A DNA stretch of 61,469 nt, filler included, from Gemmatimonadota bacterium (GTDB lineage: Bacteria; 4572-55; J002), in NCBI GenBank assembly GCA_003697105.1. It is 4 parts of 4 records of this genome, joined end to end, with 100 filler letters (N's around TTAATTAATTAA, not from the genome) between each part and the next. Parts side by side here need not be neighbours in the genome. Positions count along the whole stretch, not along the records: positions 14,368 to 34,426 come from RFFQ01000053.1; positions 34,527 to 56,239 come from RFFQ01000056.1; 2 more parts are not named here. One strand, 5' to 3'. Both the position numbers and the translations under genes were made by a program. Of the stretch, positions 28,342 through 38,350 are shown piece after piece. Each line of letters begins with the position of its first letter. Positions within the stretch are counted from its first letter, which is position 1. The notes beneath the pieces are model-generated. The model was not told the DNA's origin, searched no databases, and was given only the letters and a program-made list of their open reading frames with translations.

Positions 28342-31300
28342 TTAGCGCAGTAGTACCATCGTGCGCACCAAGGTAACTTTTTCGGTTTGTAACTGGTACA
28401 GGTATAACCCGCTGTTCACGGGGTGACCTCGATCATCTGTTCCTGCCCAACGGATGGTGTAACTGCCCGCTTCTTGTGGATCGTCGATGAGGACGGCAAC
28501 CGGTTGCCCCGAGAGATCGTACACCCTCAGTTTGACATGGCTGCGTACCGGGAGATCAAATGTGATCGTCGTTTGGGGATTAAACGGGTTGGGGTAATTC
28601 TTTAGGGCATAGGCGGTTGGCGTTTGGGTTTGGGGTTGTGCCGGCTCAACGGCAACCATTCCGATCTGAAATGAGCTTTCCTCGCTCCACATTGATCCGG
28701 CAAAAGCATGATCGACTGCCTGAACTGCCCAAAAATAATCACCTTGTGGCAGATTGGAGAGTGTCCACGTGAGGTTTTGCCCGACATTCCCAATTGCCAC
28801 GACCTGCCGATACCCATTTTGCACGTTGGTATGGGGTGCGACGATATTGAACGCCCCGGGCACCGTTCCCACTCGCAGATTGTAGCTAAGGGCAGCGGCG
28901 GGTGTTTCTGCATCGGTTGCCGGTTGCCACTGGAGGGTGACATCGGTATCACTCGATGCGGCGGTGAGGTCGGTGGGTGCGGAGGGGCGTTCATTCGGTT
29001 CAGCGCCGTCATTCCGGTAAATTTTGCTGGTGGGGGTTGTGCCTGCCAAGCCGGTGAGGAGGATATCCAAATCACCGTCACGGTCAAAATCTGCCCACGC
29101 CACGGCGCCGGTTTGGACATCCACAAAATTGGGGTCTATTTCGGTGAACGTGCCATTACCTTCATTGTGAAACAGCCGCGACGTCGGTAGTACCAACGTA
29201 TTGCTACCCGTTAAGGCAATATCAAGCCATCCGTCGTTATCAAAATCCCCCCATTGGGCAGAACTGGCACTCACCGGAGTCAACTCCGCCCCTATATCGA
29301 TAAATGCACCGTTGTCATTGCGGTAGATTTTCGCTTGCCCGATGGTAAACGCATTGCCGCCGGTGAGCAAAATATCAAGGTCTCCATCGTTATCAACATC
29401 ACCCCAATCGACTGAACTTCCGTTGACTCCGATCAATCCCGCGTTTATCTCCGTGAACGTATCGTTGCTGTCATTGCGGTAGAGTTTGGTGACCGAATCG
29501 TAGGGCGGGAAGGCGTTATCCTTGATGTTGCCGGAAAGCAGAAGGTCGAGGTCGCCATCATTATCATAATCTCCCCAAGCGACATCACTTTGATAGACGG
29601 GTTGCAGTTCAATATCACTTTCGTGAAAGGTATCGTTACCATCATTGCGGTACAGGGTGGTGGTGAAGATATAGGGGTCGAATATACCACCGGTTTCCAC
29701 CAGTCCGCTCAGGAGGAGGTCGAGGTCGCCGTCGTTGTCGTAATCTCCCCAGGCGATTCCGCTTTGATTCACGGGGATGAGTCCGGCTTCAATATCGATA
29801 AACGTTCCGTCATCGTTGCGGTAGATGGCACTGATCCGGCCATCTGCTCCCATACCGGTTAAGGCGAGGTCAAGGTCGCCATCGCGATCATAGTCGCCCC
29901 ATGCCACGTCACCCGCACTGACCGCGGGGAATCCCGCATCTATATGGACAAAATCCCCGTGGTCATTCCGGTAAAGGAGGGTTACTGGATTGTTGGTAGC
30001 AGTGGTGCCGGTCAGGACAAAATCCAGATCGTCATCTTGATCATAATCGCCCCAAGCTACGGCGCTGTTGCTGACGCCAGTGATTTCCGCACCGGTATCC
30101 CGGAAAGGGTAGGCGTTGGAGATTGTGATGTAAAACGTATCAATGGGTGCGAAAGCAGAGCCCATCAGGCTTTGATCGAGGGTTTGGACGCTCCAAACAT
30201 AGGAGCCGGTCGGTAGATTTTCCAGCGTGAAATGGCGTTCATGTCCCCGATTGCCGGGGCGAACGACCTGTCTCCAGCCGGTGGCGGGGTCTGCCATGCC
30301 GGAAAGTAAAGGCTCGCCGTCACTCGTGTGGAGGTAGATGTTGTATGTCAGGGCAGGGAGGGGTGTTTCGGCATCCGAGCCTGCGCTCCATGAGAAGGTA
30401 ACATTATCCTCCTCGATGTTGGCATTGATGGCGGAAGGGGGTTGGGGTAACTGATTTTCAGCGACACCTTCATTGCGGTAAATACGGGTGATGCGGCTAA
30501 ACAGATTGAGATAGCCACTCAGTAAGATGTCCAAATCGCCGTCATTGTCGTAATCACCCCATTCACACGCGGAATTACGCAGGTTGGGCAGACCGGTATC
30601 CAGTTCGGTAAATTGATCATTACCTTCGTTTAGATAGAGTTTTGTTGTGCCGGTCACAAGCCCGTCATTTCCGGTGATGAGGAGGTCTAAATCGCCGTCG
30701 TTGTCCACATCTCCCCATTTTCCGTCACCACCGGAAATACCGGTGAGATTTGCTTCAATATCGATTAAACTACCGTTATCGTTGCGGTAAATTTTGGAGA
30801 TCATCGTGAGGGTTGTATCTAATCCGGCGAGGAAGAGATCGAGGTCACCATCGGCGTCGTAATCTCCCCAATCGAGGGCACCGAACTGTACCGGTTCTAA
30901 ACTGACTGTGATATTGGGCACATAAACCCCTAACAGGTTGGTATAAAGGATGGAAACCGGGGTTTGATCGAGCAAATTGAGTCCGGTGAGCACGATATCG
31001 AGGTCGCCATCGGCATCATAATCTCCCCAAGCGGCGGCGGAGTTCAGCACGGGCAGGAGTAACGCGTTGGTGTCGGTAAAGATATGGTCTCCTTCGTTGC
31101 GGTAAACTTTGGCATTAATAGCGAGAGAATCGCCAAAACCTGCCAGCAGGACATCAAAATCGCCATCGCCATCATAATCGCCCCATCGTGCCTCACCCAA
31201 TTGGGAGGGTTCTAGGGTAATGCCGGTTTCGGTCAATCCGCTGTAAATGCGGGTGGTTGGGGTCAATCCGGCGAGTCCGGTGAGGAGGATATCTAACTGC

Positions 31301-31602
31301 CCGTCATGATCAAAATCCACCCAATCGACGGAACCGGCGGCGGTATTTTCTAAATCTGCGTTGATATTGACAAAGCTATCGTTGTCATCATGGCGATAAA
31401 TGCGAGTGGTTGGGGTTAGGGGCAGGATTGTGGTTGTGCCATTGAGCAGAATGTCCAGATCGCCGTCACTGTCATAATCACCCCAGCAGACATCGCTGTT
31501 TTGAACCCCGACAATGCCCGGGTCCACTTCGGTGAAGGTTTGGGCAAACAGGAACACCGGTAAGAAAAACAGAAAACTTCCAATACAAATGGATTTGAAC
31601 AT
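28342..31602 (-). CDS. Secreted FG-GAP/VCBS-repeat protein with FnIII domains and C-terminal FlgD-Ig/T9SS-like domain
   Basis: Signal peptide, many WGDYDxDGDLD repeats in two blocks each followed by FnIII, C-terminal NYPNPFNPQTTI..WAGTD..SGLYLY. Confidence 0.9.
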   Translation of the reverse strand: MFKSICIGSFLFFLPVFLFAQTFTEVDPGIVGVQNSDVCWGDYDSDGDLDILLNGTTTILPLTPTTRIYRHDDNDSFVNINADLENTAAGSVDWVDFDHDGQLDILLTGLAGLTPTTRIYSGLTETGITLEPSQLGEARWGDYDGDGDFDVLLAGFGDSLAINAKVYRNEGDHIFTDTNALLLPVLNSAAAWGDYDADGDLDIVLTGLNLLDQTPVSILYTNLLGVYVPNITVSLEPVQFGALDWGDYDADGDLDLFLAGLDTTLTMISKIYRNDNGSLIDIEANLTGISGGDGKWGDVDNDGDLDLLITGNDGLVTGTTKLYLNEGNDQFTELDTGLPNLRNSACEWGDYDNDGDLDILLSGYLNLFSRITRIYRNEGVAENQLPQPPSAINANIEEDNVTFSWSAGSDAETPLPALTYNIYLHTSDGEPLLSGMADPATGWRQVVRPGNRGHERHFTLENLPTGSYVWSVQTLDQSLMGSAFAPIDTFYITISNAYPFRDTGAEITGVSNSAVAWGDYDQDDDLDFVLTGTTATNNPVTLLYRNDHGDFVHIDAGFPAVSAGDVAWGDYDRDGDLDLALTGMGADGRISAIYRNDDGTFIDIEAGLIPVNQSGIAWGDYDNDGDLDLLLSGLVETGGIFDPYIFTTTLYRNDGNDTFHESDIELQPVYQSDVAWGDYDNDGDLDLLLSGNIKDNAFPPYDSVTKLYRNDSNDTFTEINAGLIGVNGSSVDWGDVDNDGDLDILLTGGNAFTIGQAKIYRNDNGAFIDIGAELTPVSASSAQWGDFDNDGWLDIALTGSNTLVLPTSRLFHNEGNGTFTEIDPNFVDVQTGAVAWADFDRDGDLDILLTGLAGTTPTSKIYRNDGAEPNERPSAPTDLTAASSDTDVTLQWQPATDAETPAAALSYNLRVGTVPGAFNIVAPHTNVQNGYRQVVAIGNVGQNLTWTLSNLPQGDYFWAVQAVDHAFAGSMWSEESSFQIGMVAVEPAQPQTQTPTAYALKNYPNPFNPQTTITFDLPVRSHVKLRVYDLSGQPVAVLIDDPQEAGSYTIRWAGTDDRGHPVNSGLYLYQLQTEKVTLVRTMVLLR

Positions 31603-31861
31603 GATTGACCTCCACGGTGGAATGAACTTGACATTTAAGGATATTGGGGGAATAGTATTGGATGGAATGGGCTGTATGTCAATGGAAAACCCTGTACCGG
31701 TGCGAGATTTTCTCCACAGCTCTGAAGAATGAGTACATGTATAAAGTTACAGTGCAGCTTTGAGGCTAGCTAAAAAAATATTTTTTCGCAGACTGTTGTA
31801 ATACTTTCTATTACGCACCGTAGATTATTACAGATATACATTCGTTAGGGCTGTTTTCTCC

Positions 31862-31899
31862 AAATCGATCTTGACAATCGATTTAAGATGTGATAAGCT
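31862..31899 (+). promoter_or_regulatory. Promoter of parA operon with inverted repeat flanking -35
   Basis: AAATCGAT-C-TTGACA-ATCGATTT; TAAGCT lies 17 nt after TTGACA. Confidence 0.55.
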
Positions 31900-31940
31900 A
31901 CACACTTACTGCTAAATTTAGTTCTAAGGAGAAACCTGCA

Positions 31941-32765
31941 ATGGCATGTCGGATAATCGCATTTGTAAATCAAAAAGGGGGCTGTGGAAAGACGGCGACA
32001 ACGGTCTCTGTCGGGTCTATTTTAGCGGAACGTGGCAAAAAAGTGCTATTGGTTGATGGTGATCCGCAACAACACACAACGTTGAGCGTTGGGGTCAACC
32101 CGTATCGCATTGAGCATTCCTTGTATGAGGCGATGCTAGACCCCCGCCAATTTGGCTACGAAAAAGTTCGGGTTAAGACAGCGTATGAGAATCTTGATTT
32201 GTTACCCGCCACGGATAATTTGTATGCCGTGGATTTGGATTTAGCCAGCGCCATGAACCGAGATGGGCGGATGGAGCGGTTGCTCAAACCTGCCATCCGG
32301 CACTATGATTATATTTTGATTGATTCCCCGCCGGCGCTTTCGCTCCTGACCATTAATATTTTGAATGCCGCCAAAGAGATTTTTATTGTGTTGCAAGCCC
32401 ATCCGCATAGTTATTTGGGTTTGGAGATGCTCCTCCAAACGGTGGAGCAAGTCAAAGAAAATATCAACCCCAAATTACGTATCACGGGCTTAGTATTGAC
32501 GATTTTTGATACTGGGACGAATGTCTCTAAACGGATTCAAGAAAAGGTGCAATTGGATGATCGGGTTTCGGAATTTTTATTTCAAACGGTGATCCGGAAA
32601 AATATCACCCTTGCCAATTCCACAATGGCGCTAGAAGAAGAATATGAGGGAGTGCCGGTCTTTTTGGGTAAACCGATCAATCATTATGACCGGCATAGTA
32701 ATTCTTCCAAAGATTATCATAAATTAGTTGACGAAATTATTCAGATGGAACTTGATGGTTCGTAG
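31941..32765 (+). CDS. parA: ParA/Soj-family ATPase
   Basis: NQKGGCGKT deviant Walker A, LLVDGDPQ and ILIDSPP; start follows AAGGAG. Confidence 0.92.
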   Translation: MACRIIAFVNQKGGCGKTATTVSVGSILAERGKKVLLVDGDPQQHTTLSVGVNPYRIEHSLYEAMLDPRQFGYEKVRVKTAYENLDLLPATDNLYAVDLDLASAMNRDGRMERLLKPAIRHYDYILIDSPPALSLLTINILNAAKEIFIVLQAHPHSYLGLEMLLQTVEQVKENINPKLRITGLVLTIFDTGTNVSKRIQEKVQLDDRVSEFLFQTVIRKNITLANSTMALEEEYEGVPVFLGKPINHYDRHSNSSKDYHKLVDEIIQMELDGS

Positions 32766-32796
32766 CGTTTTCGGATTGATGAAATAAGAGAGGGTT

Positions 32797-33081
32797 TTGA
32801 GAATGTCGCGTAAGTCTGGAAAATCCCAGTTTTTTGCTGGCGACCAGTATGATGAAGATGAATTTATCCGGGTGAATTTCACCCTCCAAAATCGACAGAT
32901 TGACTTTTTAAGCGATTTCTGCTATAATGTGCGAAAAGAGACTCGTTATAAATTGAATCGTTCGGAAACGATTCGGGCTTGTATTGAGGTCATTCAAGAA
33001 AAAGTGGATGAGGGGTCACTCAAGTTTGAAGATGTTCGTAGTTTTGAAGACCTTAAAAATTTGCTTCATGGTCATTTTTAA
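32797..33081 (+). CDS. Small ParA partner, ribbon-helix-helix-like
   Basis: IRVNFTL..QIDFL....KLNRSETIRACIE fits a beta-alpha-alpha pattern; directly follows parA. Confidence 0.6.
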   Translation: MRMSRKSGKSQFFAGDQYDEDEFIRVNFTLQNRQIDFLSDFCYNVRKETRYKLNRSETIRACIEVIQEKVDEGSLKFEDVRSFEDLKNLLHGHF

Positions 33082-33111
33082 CTCCATCAGGTGGTTTATA
33101 GGGGGCTTTGA

Positions 33112-34416
33112 ATGAGTCAAACATCGGAAATTTTATCAGAATGTTGGGAACACGTCCATAGTATTCGGGAATGTGTCAATGACCTGAGTGAAGAATCTTC
33201 GCTGGCGATTGCGGCCCAACGCCTTAAAATTATCTCCAAACGATTGCAGATGGAGATGAACACCATCGCCAAAAATCAGCAGAATTCCACGTATGAAGAA
33301 CAATTTTCGTTGCTCGGGCAGGTCGTCCATAATTTGCAATTAATTGTGGATAATAAAAAGTTAGAAACTATAAATAAGGCATTTTTTATCAGTGCTTTAG
33401 CGAATATGATGCAGGAATTTATGGACCCTGATTCTTTATCCGGCAAACTGTTTAATATGCAGAAGGCGGGCAATTATGAGATGGGCTATCTCAAATTGGA
33501 GACCTTCCGAAAATGGTCAACGGCGGCAGTTTCAGACCTTGGTAAAAATGGGGTCATGGTGATGCGAGACCTGACTACAAACGAGTGGAATGTTCATGCT
33601 TTTGGGGAGATTTCGCTCGGACAGACCATTGGTGCCTATGGTTTTGAACCGGTGGAGCAGGAAGAATTCGTGGAAATATTTAAATCCATGATTTGTGAAG
33701 GATTAGCCGGTAACATCGTGCTCAATGAACCCGCCGGTGCCATGGCGGCGATTGATGATGCCCCGGCAGTGATTGCCGATCAGTTTGAGAAGATCGAAAA
33801 AGCACTTCGTGAAATTGAAAATTTGATGGAATCCTTCCCTGAGTTAGCGACTTCCGGTGTTCTCAAACGGTTGAACCGGTTGCGCTACCGGTTGGAAATG
33901 GAGTTGTACTCCATTGCAGAGATTGAAGCCGGTGCCGGTGGAGAATTTGGTGGCGGGGTGAGTTTAGCCGACCAGATTATTGAAAATACAATTTTCATTC
34001 TGGATATTGGTAGTGCCACGAATGAAGATAAAGTCTCTTTGATTGCGGCGCTCTCTGGGATTATGTTGGAATTCACGGATTCGGCAACGTTTCCGGATAA
34101 ACTCATCGGATTTAATGCCGTTGATGACAAAAAATTACAGGGATATGTCAAATTTGATTCTCTGGCGGAATGGTTTGCTTCCCGTAATGTGGAAACCAGC
34201 GATTATGGGGTGATGATGCTCTATTCCATCGATCATCAAGATTGGGATATTCATTATTTAAGCAAAATGCAACTCCAAAACGCGATCAATTCGTATAATT
34301 TGGACAAGCTGCATCGGGATGAGATTCTGGGTAAATTTTCTAATTTCTTGACGGATGGGTTGAAGATGAAACAGAGTACCATTAAAAAGCGTTTCCAACA
34401 ATTGAACTTGATTTAA
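33112..34416 (+). CDS. Hypothetical protein built from two ~200-aa homologous halves
   Basis: Matching segments: RLQMEM/RLEMEL, FISALANMMQEFMD/LIAALSGIMLEFTD, GYLKL/GYVKF, GVMVM/GVMML, EWNVH/DWDIH, ICEGL/LTDGL. Confidence 0.75.
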   Translation: MSQTSEILSECWEHVHSIRECVNDLSEESSLAIAAQRLKIISKRLQMEMNTIAKNQQNSTYEEQFSLLGQVVHNLQLIVDNKKLETINKAFFISALANMMQEFMDPDSLSGKLFNMQKAGNYEMGYLKLETFRKWSTAAVSDLGKNGVMVMRDLTTNEWNVHAFGEISLGQTIGAYGFEPVEQEEFVEIFKSMICEGLAGNIVLNEPAGAMAAIDDAPAVIADQFEKIEKALREIENLMESFPELATSGVLKRLNRLRYRLEMELYSIAEIEAGAGGEFGGGVSLADQIIENTIFILDIGSATNEDKVSLIAALSGIMLEFTDSATFPDKLIGFNAVDDKKLQGYVKFDSLAEWFASRNVETSDYGVMMLYSIDHQDWDIHYLSKMQLQNAINSYNLDKLHRDEILGKFSNFLTDGLKMKQSTIKKRFQQLNLI

Positions 34417-34426
34417 GGGTCATCCC

Positions 34427-34526
34427 NNNNNNNNNNNNNNNNNNNNNNNNNNNNNNNNNNNNNNNNNNNNTTAATTAATTAANNNNNNNNNNNNNNNNNN
34501 NNNNNNNNNNNNNNNNNNNNNNNNNN
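34427..34526. other. Assembly linker (contig join)
   Basis: 100-nt N run containing TTAATTAATTAA. Confidence 0.97.
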
Positions 34527-35501
34527 ATTCATGGGCTTGGCAGTCAAGGCAATGTTTGGGTGGATAAATACGGTTTACCTGCCAAATTACAACAAGAACT
34601 CAATCTTGAATTTGGTGGGATTTTATCGCTTACCGATAAAAATAGGATAACCGTTTCTCCCATAGACGCTAGTGGGTATGATGTTTTTGCCGTTTCACTC
34701 AGTGACCCGTACGGTTCTATTCCGGTTTTAGCCGGTGAGCTCGAACGATTCGTCAAATACGTTCGCAAAATCACCAGAGCAAAACGAGTTACTCTGGTGG
34801 GGTTTAGTATGGGCGGAGTTGTTGCCCGGCAGTATGTGGTTGATCATCCTCGGAATCATCATGTACACCGGTTAATCACAATCGCCAGTCCTCATCAGGG
34901 TAGCGGTCTGGCTTTGATCGGCGATATTCTGGCATGGGCGCCCGATAACCTTGAAGATGACATTGCCAAAGGGATTAATTGGGTCGCAAAAGATGTTATC
35001 AATTTAGAAGGATTTGAAGTTACATCTGCCGCAATTAGCGATTTACGACCTCCTCGTTCTCATTCCAACGACGCTCTTTTTCCGGGTGAAACTTATCTGT
35101 ACCAATTAAATAACAAACCGCATCCGCTTGATATAGAGTATGTGTGCGTTATTGTTAGGGTGGGTCTACAAAGTCTGATTGATGATGCAATGGAAGAGAT
35201 GGTAAAAAAATTATATAATTTGGAGTATGATGACGGGAATAAGACGGTACTCGCCGTTAAAATCACGACTATTCTGTCAGGCACACTCAGTAAATTAATA
35301 TCTGCCTTGCCACAAGGTAAAATTGATTTGTTGGGTAGTACGGATGGAGTTGTTAGTTCCACCAGTCAGGATTTACGCCAATTGCCTTTCTTTCAAAATC
35401 CCGAAATCGTTACGGCATATGAGATTGAAGGCATTCCCCATTTGGAAGCCTGTGTTGAACATGAATTTATGATTGAAGCATTAGGTTTCGATCATCCGTA
35501 G
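34527..35501 (+). CDS. Alpha/beta-hydrolase (PGAP1-like lipase/esterase), 5' end lost in gap
   Basis: IHGLG right after the gap, then GFSMGG, TIASPHQGS, DGVV and a C-terminal His. Confidence 0.8.
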   Translation: MHGLGSQGNVWVDKYGLPAKLQQELNLEFGGILSLTDKNRITVSPIDASGYDVFAVSLSDPYGSIPVLAGELERFVKYVRKITRAKRVTLVGFSMGGVVARQYVVDHPRNHHVHRLITIASPHQGSGLALIGDILAWAPDNLEDDIAKGINWVAKDVINLEGFEVTSAAISDLRPPRSHSNDALFPGETYLYQLNNKPHPLDIEYVCVIVRVGLQSLIDDAMEEMVKKLYNLEYDDGNKTVLAVKITTILSGTLSKLISALPQGKIDLLGSTDGVVSSTSQDLRQLPFFQNPEIVTAYEIEGIPHLEACVEHEFMIEALGFDHP

Positions 35502-35528
35502 CATATTCCCCCTGAAATAACCAAAACC

Positions 35529-35557
35529 TTGACAAACCCCGTTTTCCCCACTATCTT
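35529..35557 (+). promoter_or_regulatory. Sigma70-type promoter
   Basis: TTGACA-17 nt-TATCTT upstream of the radical SAM gene. Confidence 0.55.
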
Positions 35558-35609
35558 ACCCCCAATTTGCCGTTAAGCACTGTTCAGACCATTTGACACC
35601 GCCCCTATT

Positions 35610-38249
35610 ATGCAATTTACTGACATTAAAGACCATATTCTGCCGTTGGTAGAAAAGCCCAACCGTTATGTGAGTAACGAACTGAACGTTATCCGCAAGG
35701 ATCATGATCAGGTCAAGCTCTCCTTTGCGCTCTGCTTTCCGGATACCTACGAAATCGGGATGTCCCATTTGGGCTTCAAGATTTTATACCACATCCTAAA
35801 TAAGCGGGATGATGTCGTCGCAGAACGAGCTTTTGCCCCGTGGGTGGATATGGAAAATCTGATGCGCCACCACCAAATCCCGCTCTTTTCGCACGAAACC
35901 TACACCCCGCTACGTGATTTCGATATTTTAGGCTTTACACTCCAATACGAATTGAGCTATACTAATATATTGAATATGCTCGATTTGGCTCAAGTGCCGG
36001 TGTTAGCGGCAGAGCGAACCGGTACCGACCCGTTGGTCATCGCCGGCGGTCCCTGTGCCTCCAATACAGAGCCGATTCATCTTTTTGTGGATGCGGTGTT
36101 GATCGGTGAAGGTGAAGATGCCGTGCATGACATTGTGGATGCGATCATCGCCGCGAAGGCAAAAGCGCTGTCGCGCGAGGAAACGCTCTTTGAAATCGCC
36201 CAAATTGAGGGCATGTATGTCCCTCGTTTTTATGATCAACTTGATGATGGTCAGATTGTACCCAATCGCGACGGCATTCCAGAAACGGTTAAACGCCGTT
36301 TTGTGCCGGAACTCCGTTACGAAGATATTCCCACCGATCCGGTGGTGCCGAGTACGGGCGTCATCCACGAACGTGCCATGATTGAAGTCATGCGAGGCTG
36401 TACCGTCGGTTGCCGCTTTTGTCACGCCGGAATGTACTATCGTCCGGTGCGGGAGCGGTCGGCAAGTGATGTGATCGATCTGACCAAAAAAGTACTAAAA
36501 AGTACGGGTTACGATAATGTCTCCCTGATTTCGCTCTCCTCGGCAGATTATACCTGCGTGGCGGATGTGGTCCAACAGATCAATGAGGCGTACGGCGATG
36601 ATAAAATTTCGATTTCATTACCCTCTTTACGCCCGGATGTGTTTACTGTGGATTTGGCAGATGGGGTTTCATCGGTCAAAAAGAGCGGTTTGACGTTCGC
36701 GCTGGAAGCCGGTACGCAACGTCTGCGGGATGTCATCAACAAGCCTAACTCCGAAGAAGCCCTTTTCCGAGTCGCAGAAGATGCGTTTAAGAAGGGCTGG
36801 CAGACGGTCAAGCTCTATTTTATGATCGGTTTGCCCACGGAAACCACTGAAGATTTGGATGGGATTGTCCGGGTTATCAATACGGTGTACCGGCTGGGAA
36901 GACAGCACGGTAAAGGTCGGATTACCATCAATGCGACTATCTCTCCCTTCGTGCCCAAACCACACACGCCGTTCCAGTGGGAAGCTCAAGACACCATCCG
37001 CACTTTTTACAAAAAGGTGCATTATTTGGAATCAAAGTTGACAAATCGTAACATTAATGTTAAGTATCACGCCCCGCACGGGTCGTATTTGGAATGTGTT
37101 CTGGCACGGGGTGATCGGCGGGTGAGCGAGGTGGTTTATCAGGCATGGCGCAAAGGGTGTCGCTTTGATGCGTGGGATGAATTTTTTCGTTTTGATACAT
37201 GGCTGGATACCTTTGCCGAGCTCGGTGTTGACCCGGACGAATTTACCCAAGAACACACATTTGAGCAACACCTACCCTGGGATCATATCGATATTCATGC
37301 ACGCAAAAAATTCTTGTGGAAAGACCGGCAAAAAGCGTATGAAAATGCGCCGTTAGCGGATTGCCGTTGGGAAAAATGCCATGCTTGCGGCGTACCACGA
37401 GGCAAGACGTGCAATGTGCTCGCGGGTGTCCATCCGGTGATGGGAGAGAGTGTCGATCCCCCATTTGCCGCAATGGAGCAACAACTCATTTCGGCGGAAA
37501 GCCTGAAGCGAACCCCGGCGATCCACCGCCCACTCAATGGACAACTTACCCAGCGTAATGGTAACGGACAGGCTCCGAAAATGCCGGTCAAGTATCGGTT
37601 TAAGCTGACCCGTGACGAACGCTTTCGCTTTATCTCCCACCGGGATTTTATGGAGATAATCAACAAAGCGTTACGGCGGTCAGAGTTGCCGTTGGCATAC
37701 ACCCAAGGTTATTCACCTCGACCTAAGATCAGCTTTGGTCCCTCGTTGCCGCTGGGAATGAGTAGTTTCGCCGAGTATTTCGATCTGCAATTAAATGAAG
37801 AGATCGACCACTTGCGGGATCGGTTCAATCGCGTGTTACCGGATGGTATTGCGGTCCAACATGTCAAATTGATTGCGGGTAAAGTGCCTTCTCTCTCGGC
37901 GGTGGTGGATACGGCGGTTTATACCGTTGCCGGTTTGGAGTGTCCCACGCCCCATCAAGTGGAGTCATTCCTTGCCCAAGATGAAATTTGGGTCGAGCGA
38001 AACGGGAAAAAGAAGCGGCGAAAATCGATCAACATTCGTCCGCTGATTCATGATATTACGGTACAACCGGAGAACGGTATCTGGCAATTGGTGCTGGAGA
38101 CCGGTAATCAGGGTCATGGCAGACCGGATGAAATTCTACTCCTTTTAAGTGATATTTCAGCGCAAGATATTTTGAAGTTGCAGATGGTGCGCACCGATCT
38201 GCTTATTCGTCAGGAGGATCACTTTCTGACGCCAATGGATATTATTTAA
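35610..38249 (+). CDS. TIGR03960-like B12-binding radical SAM protein fused to TIGR03936/DUF2344 domain
   Basis: FPDTYEIGMSHLG and RGCTVGCRFC; C-terminal FISHRD..LPLAYTQGYSPRPKISF. Confidence 0.9.
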   Translation: MQFTDIKDHILPLVEKPNRYVSNELNVIRKDHDQVKLSFALCFPDTYEIGMSHLGFKILYHILNKRDDVVAERAFAPWVDMENLMRHHQIPLFSHETYTPLRDFDILGFTLQYELSYTNILNMLDLAQVPVLAAERTGTDPLVIAGGPCASNTEPIHLFVDAVLIGEGEDAVHDIVDAIIAAKAKALSREETLFEIAQIEGMYVPRFYDQLDDGQIVPNRDGIPETVKRRFVPELRYEDIPTDPVVPSTGVIHERAMIEVMRGCTVGCRFCHAGMYYRPVRERSASDVIDLTKKVLKSTGYDNVSLISLSSADYTCVADVVQQINEAYGDDKISISLPSLRPDVFTVDLADGVSSVKKSGLTFALEAGTQRLRDVINKPNSEEALFRVAEDAFKKGWQTVKLYFMIGLPTETTEDLDGIVRVINTVYRLGRQHGKGRITINATISPFVPKPHTPFQWEAQDTIRTFYKKVHYLESKLTNRNINVKYHAPHGSYLECVLARGDRRVSEVVYQAWRKGCRFDAWDEFFRFDTWLDTFAELGVDPDEFTQEHTFEQHLPWDHIDIHARKKFLWKDRQKAYENAPLADCRWEKCHACGVPRGKTCNVLAGVHPVMGESVDPPFAAMEQQLISAESLKRTPAIHRPLNGQLTQRNGNGQAPKMPVKYRFKLTRDERFRFISHRDFMEIINKALRRSELPLAYTQGYSPRPKISFGPSLPLGMSSFAEYFDLQLNEEIDHLRDRFNRVLPDGIAVQHVKLIAGKVPSLSAVVDTAVYTVAGLECPTPHQVESFLAQDEIWVERNGKKKRRKSINIRPLIHDITVQPENGIWQLVLETGNQGHGRPDEILLLLSDISAQDILKLQMVRTDLLIRQEDHFLTPMDII

Positions 38250-38350
38250 AATGATCTTCCGGGATGTACGGTGTTTGTTTAAGGATGGGGTAAGTATTAT
38301 ACCCGATCCATTCGATCTTTGAACTTTAAATATGGGGTTTTTCAAGTGTA

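Noticed and set aside
28900..31500. Recurring GTCGCCATC/ATCTCCCCA motifs as a CRISPR or DNA repeat array
   Set aside because: They encode FG-GAP protein repeats with synonymous variation and irregular spacing.
34416..35501. Lipase as a fourth member of the ParA operon
   Set aside because: Separated by a contig linker, so adjacency is not established.
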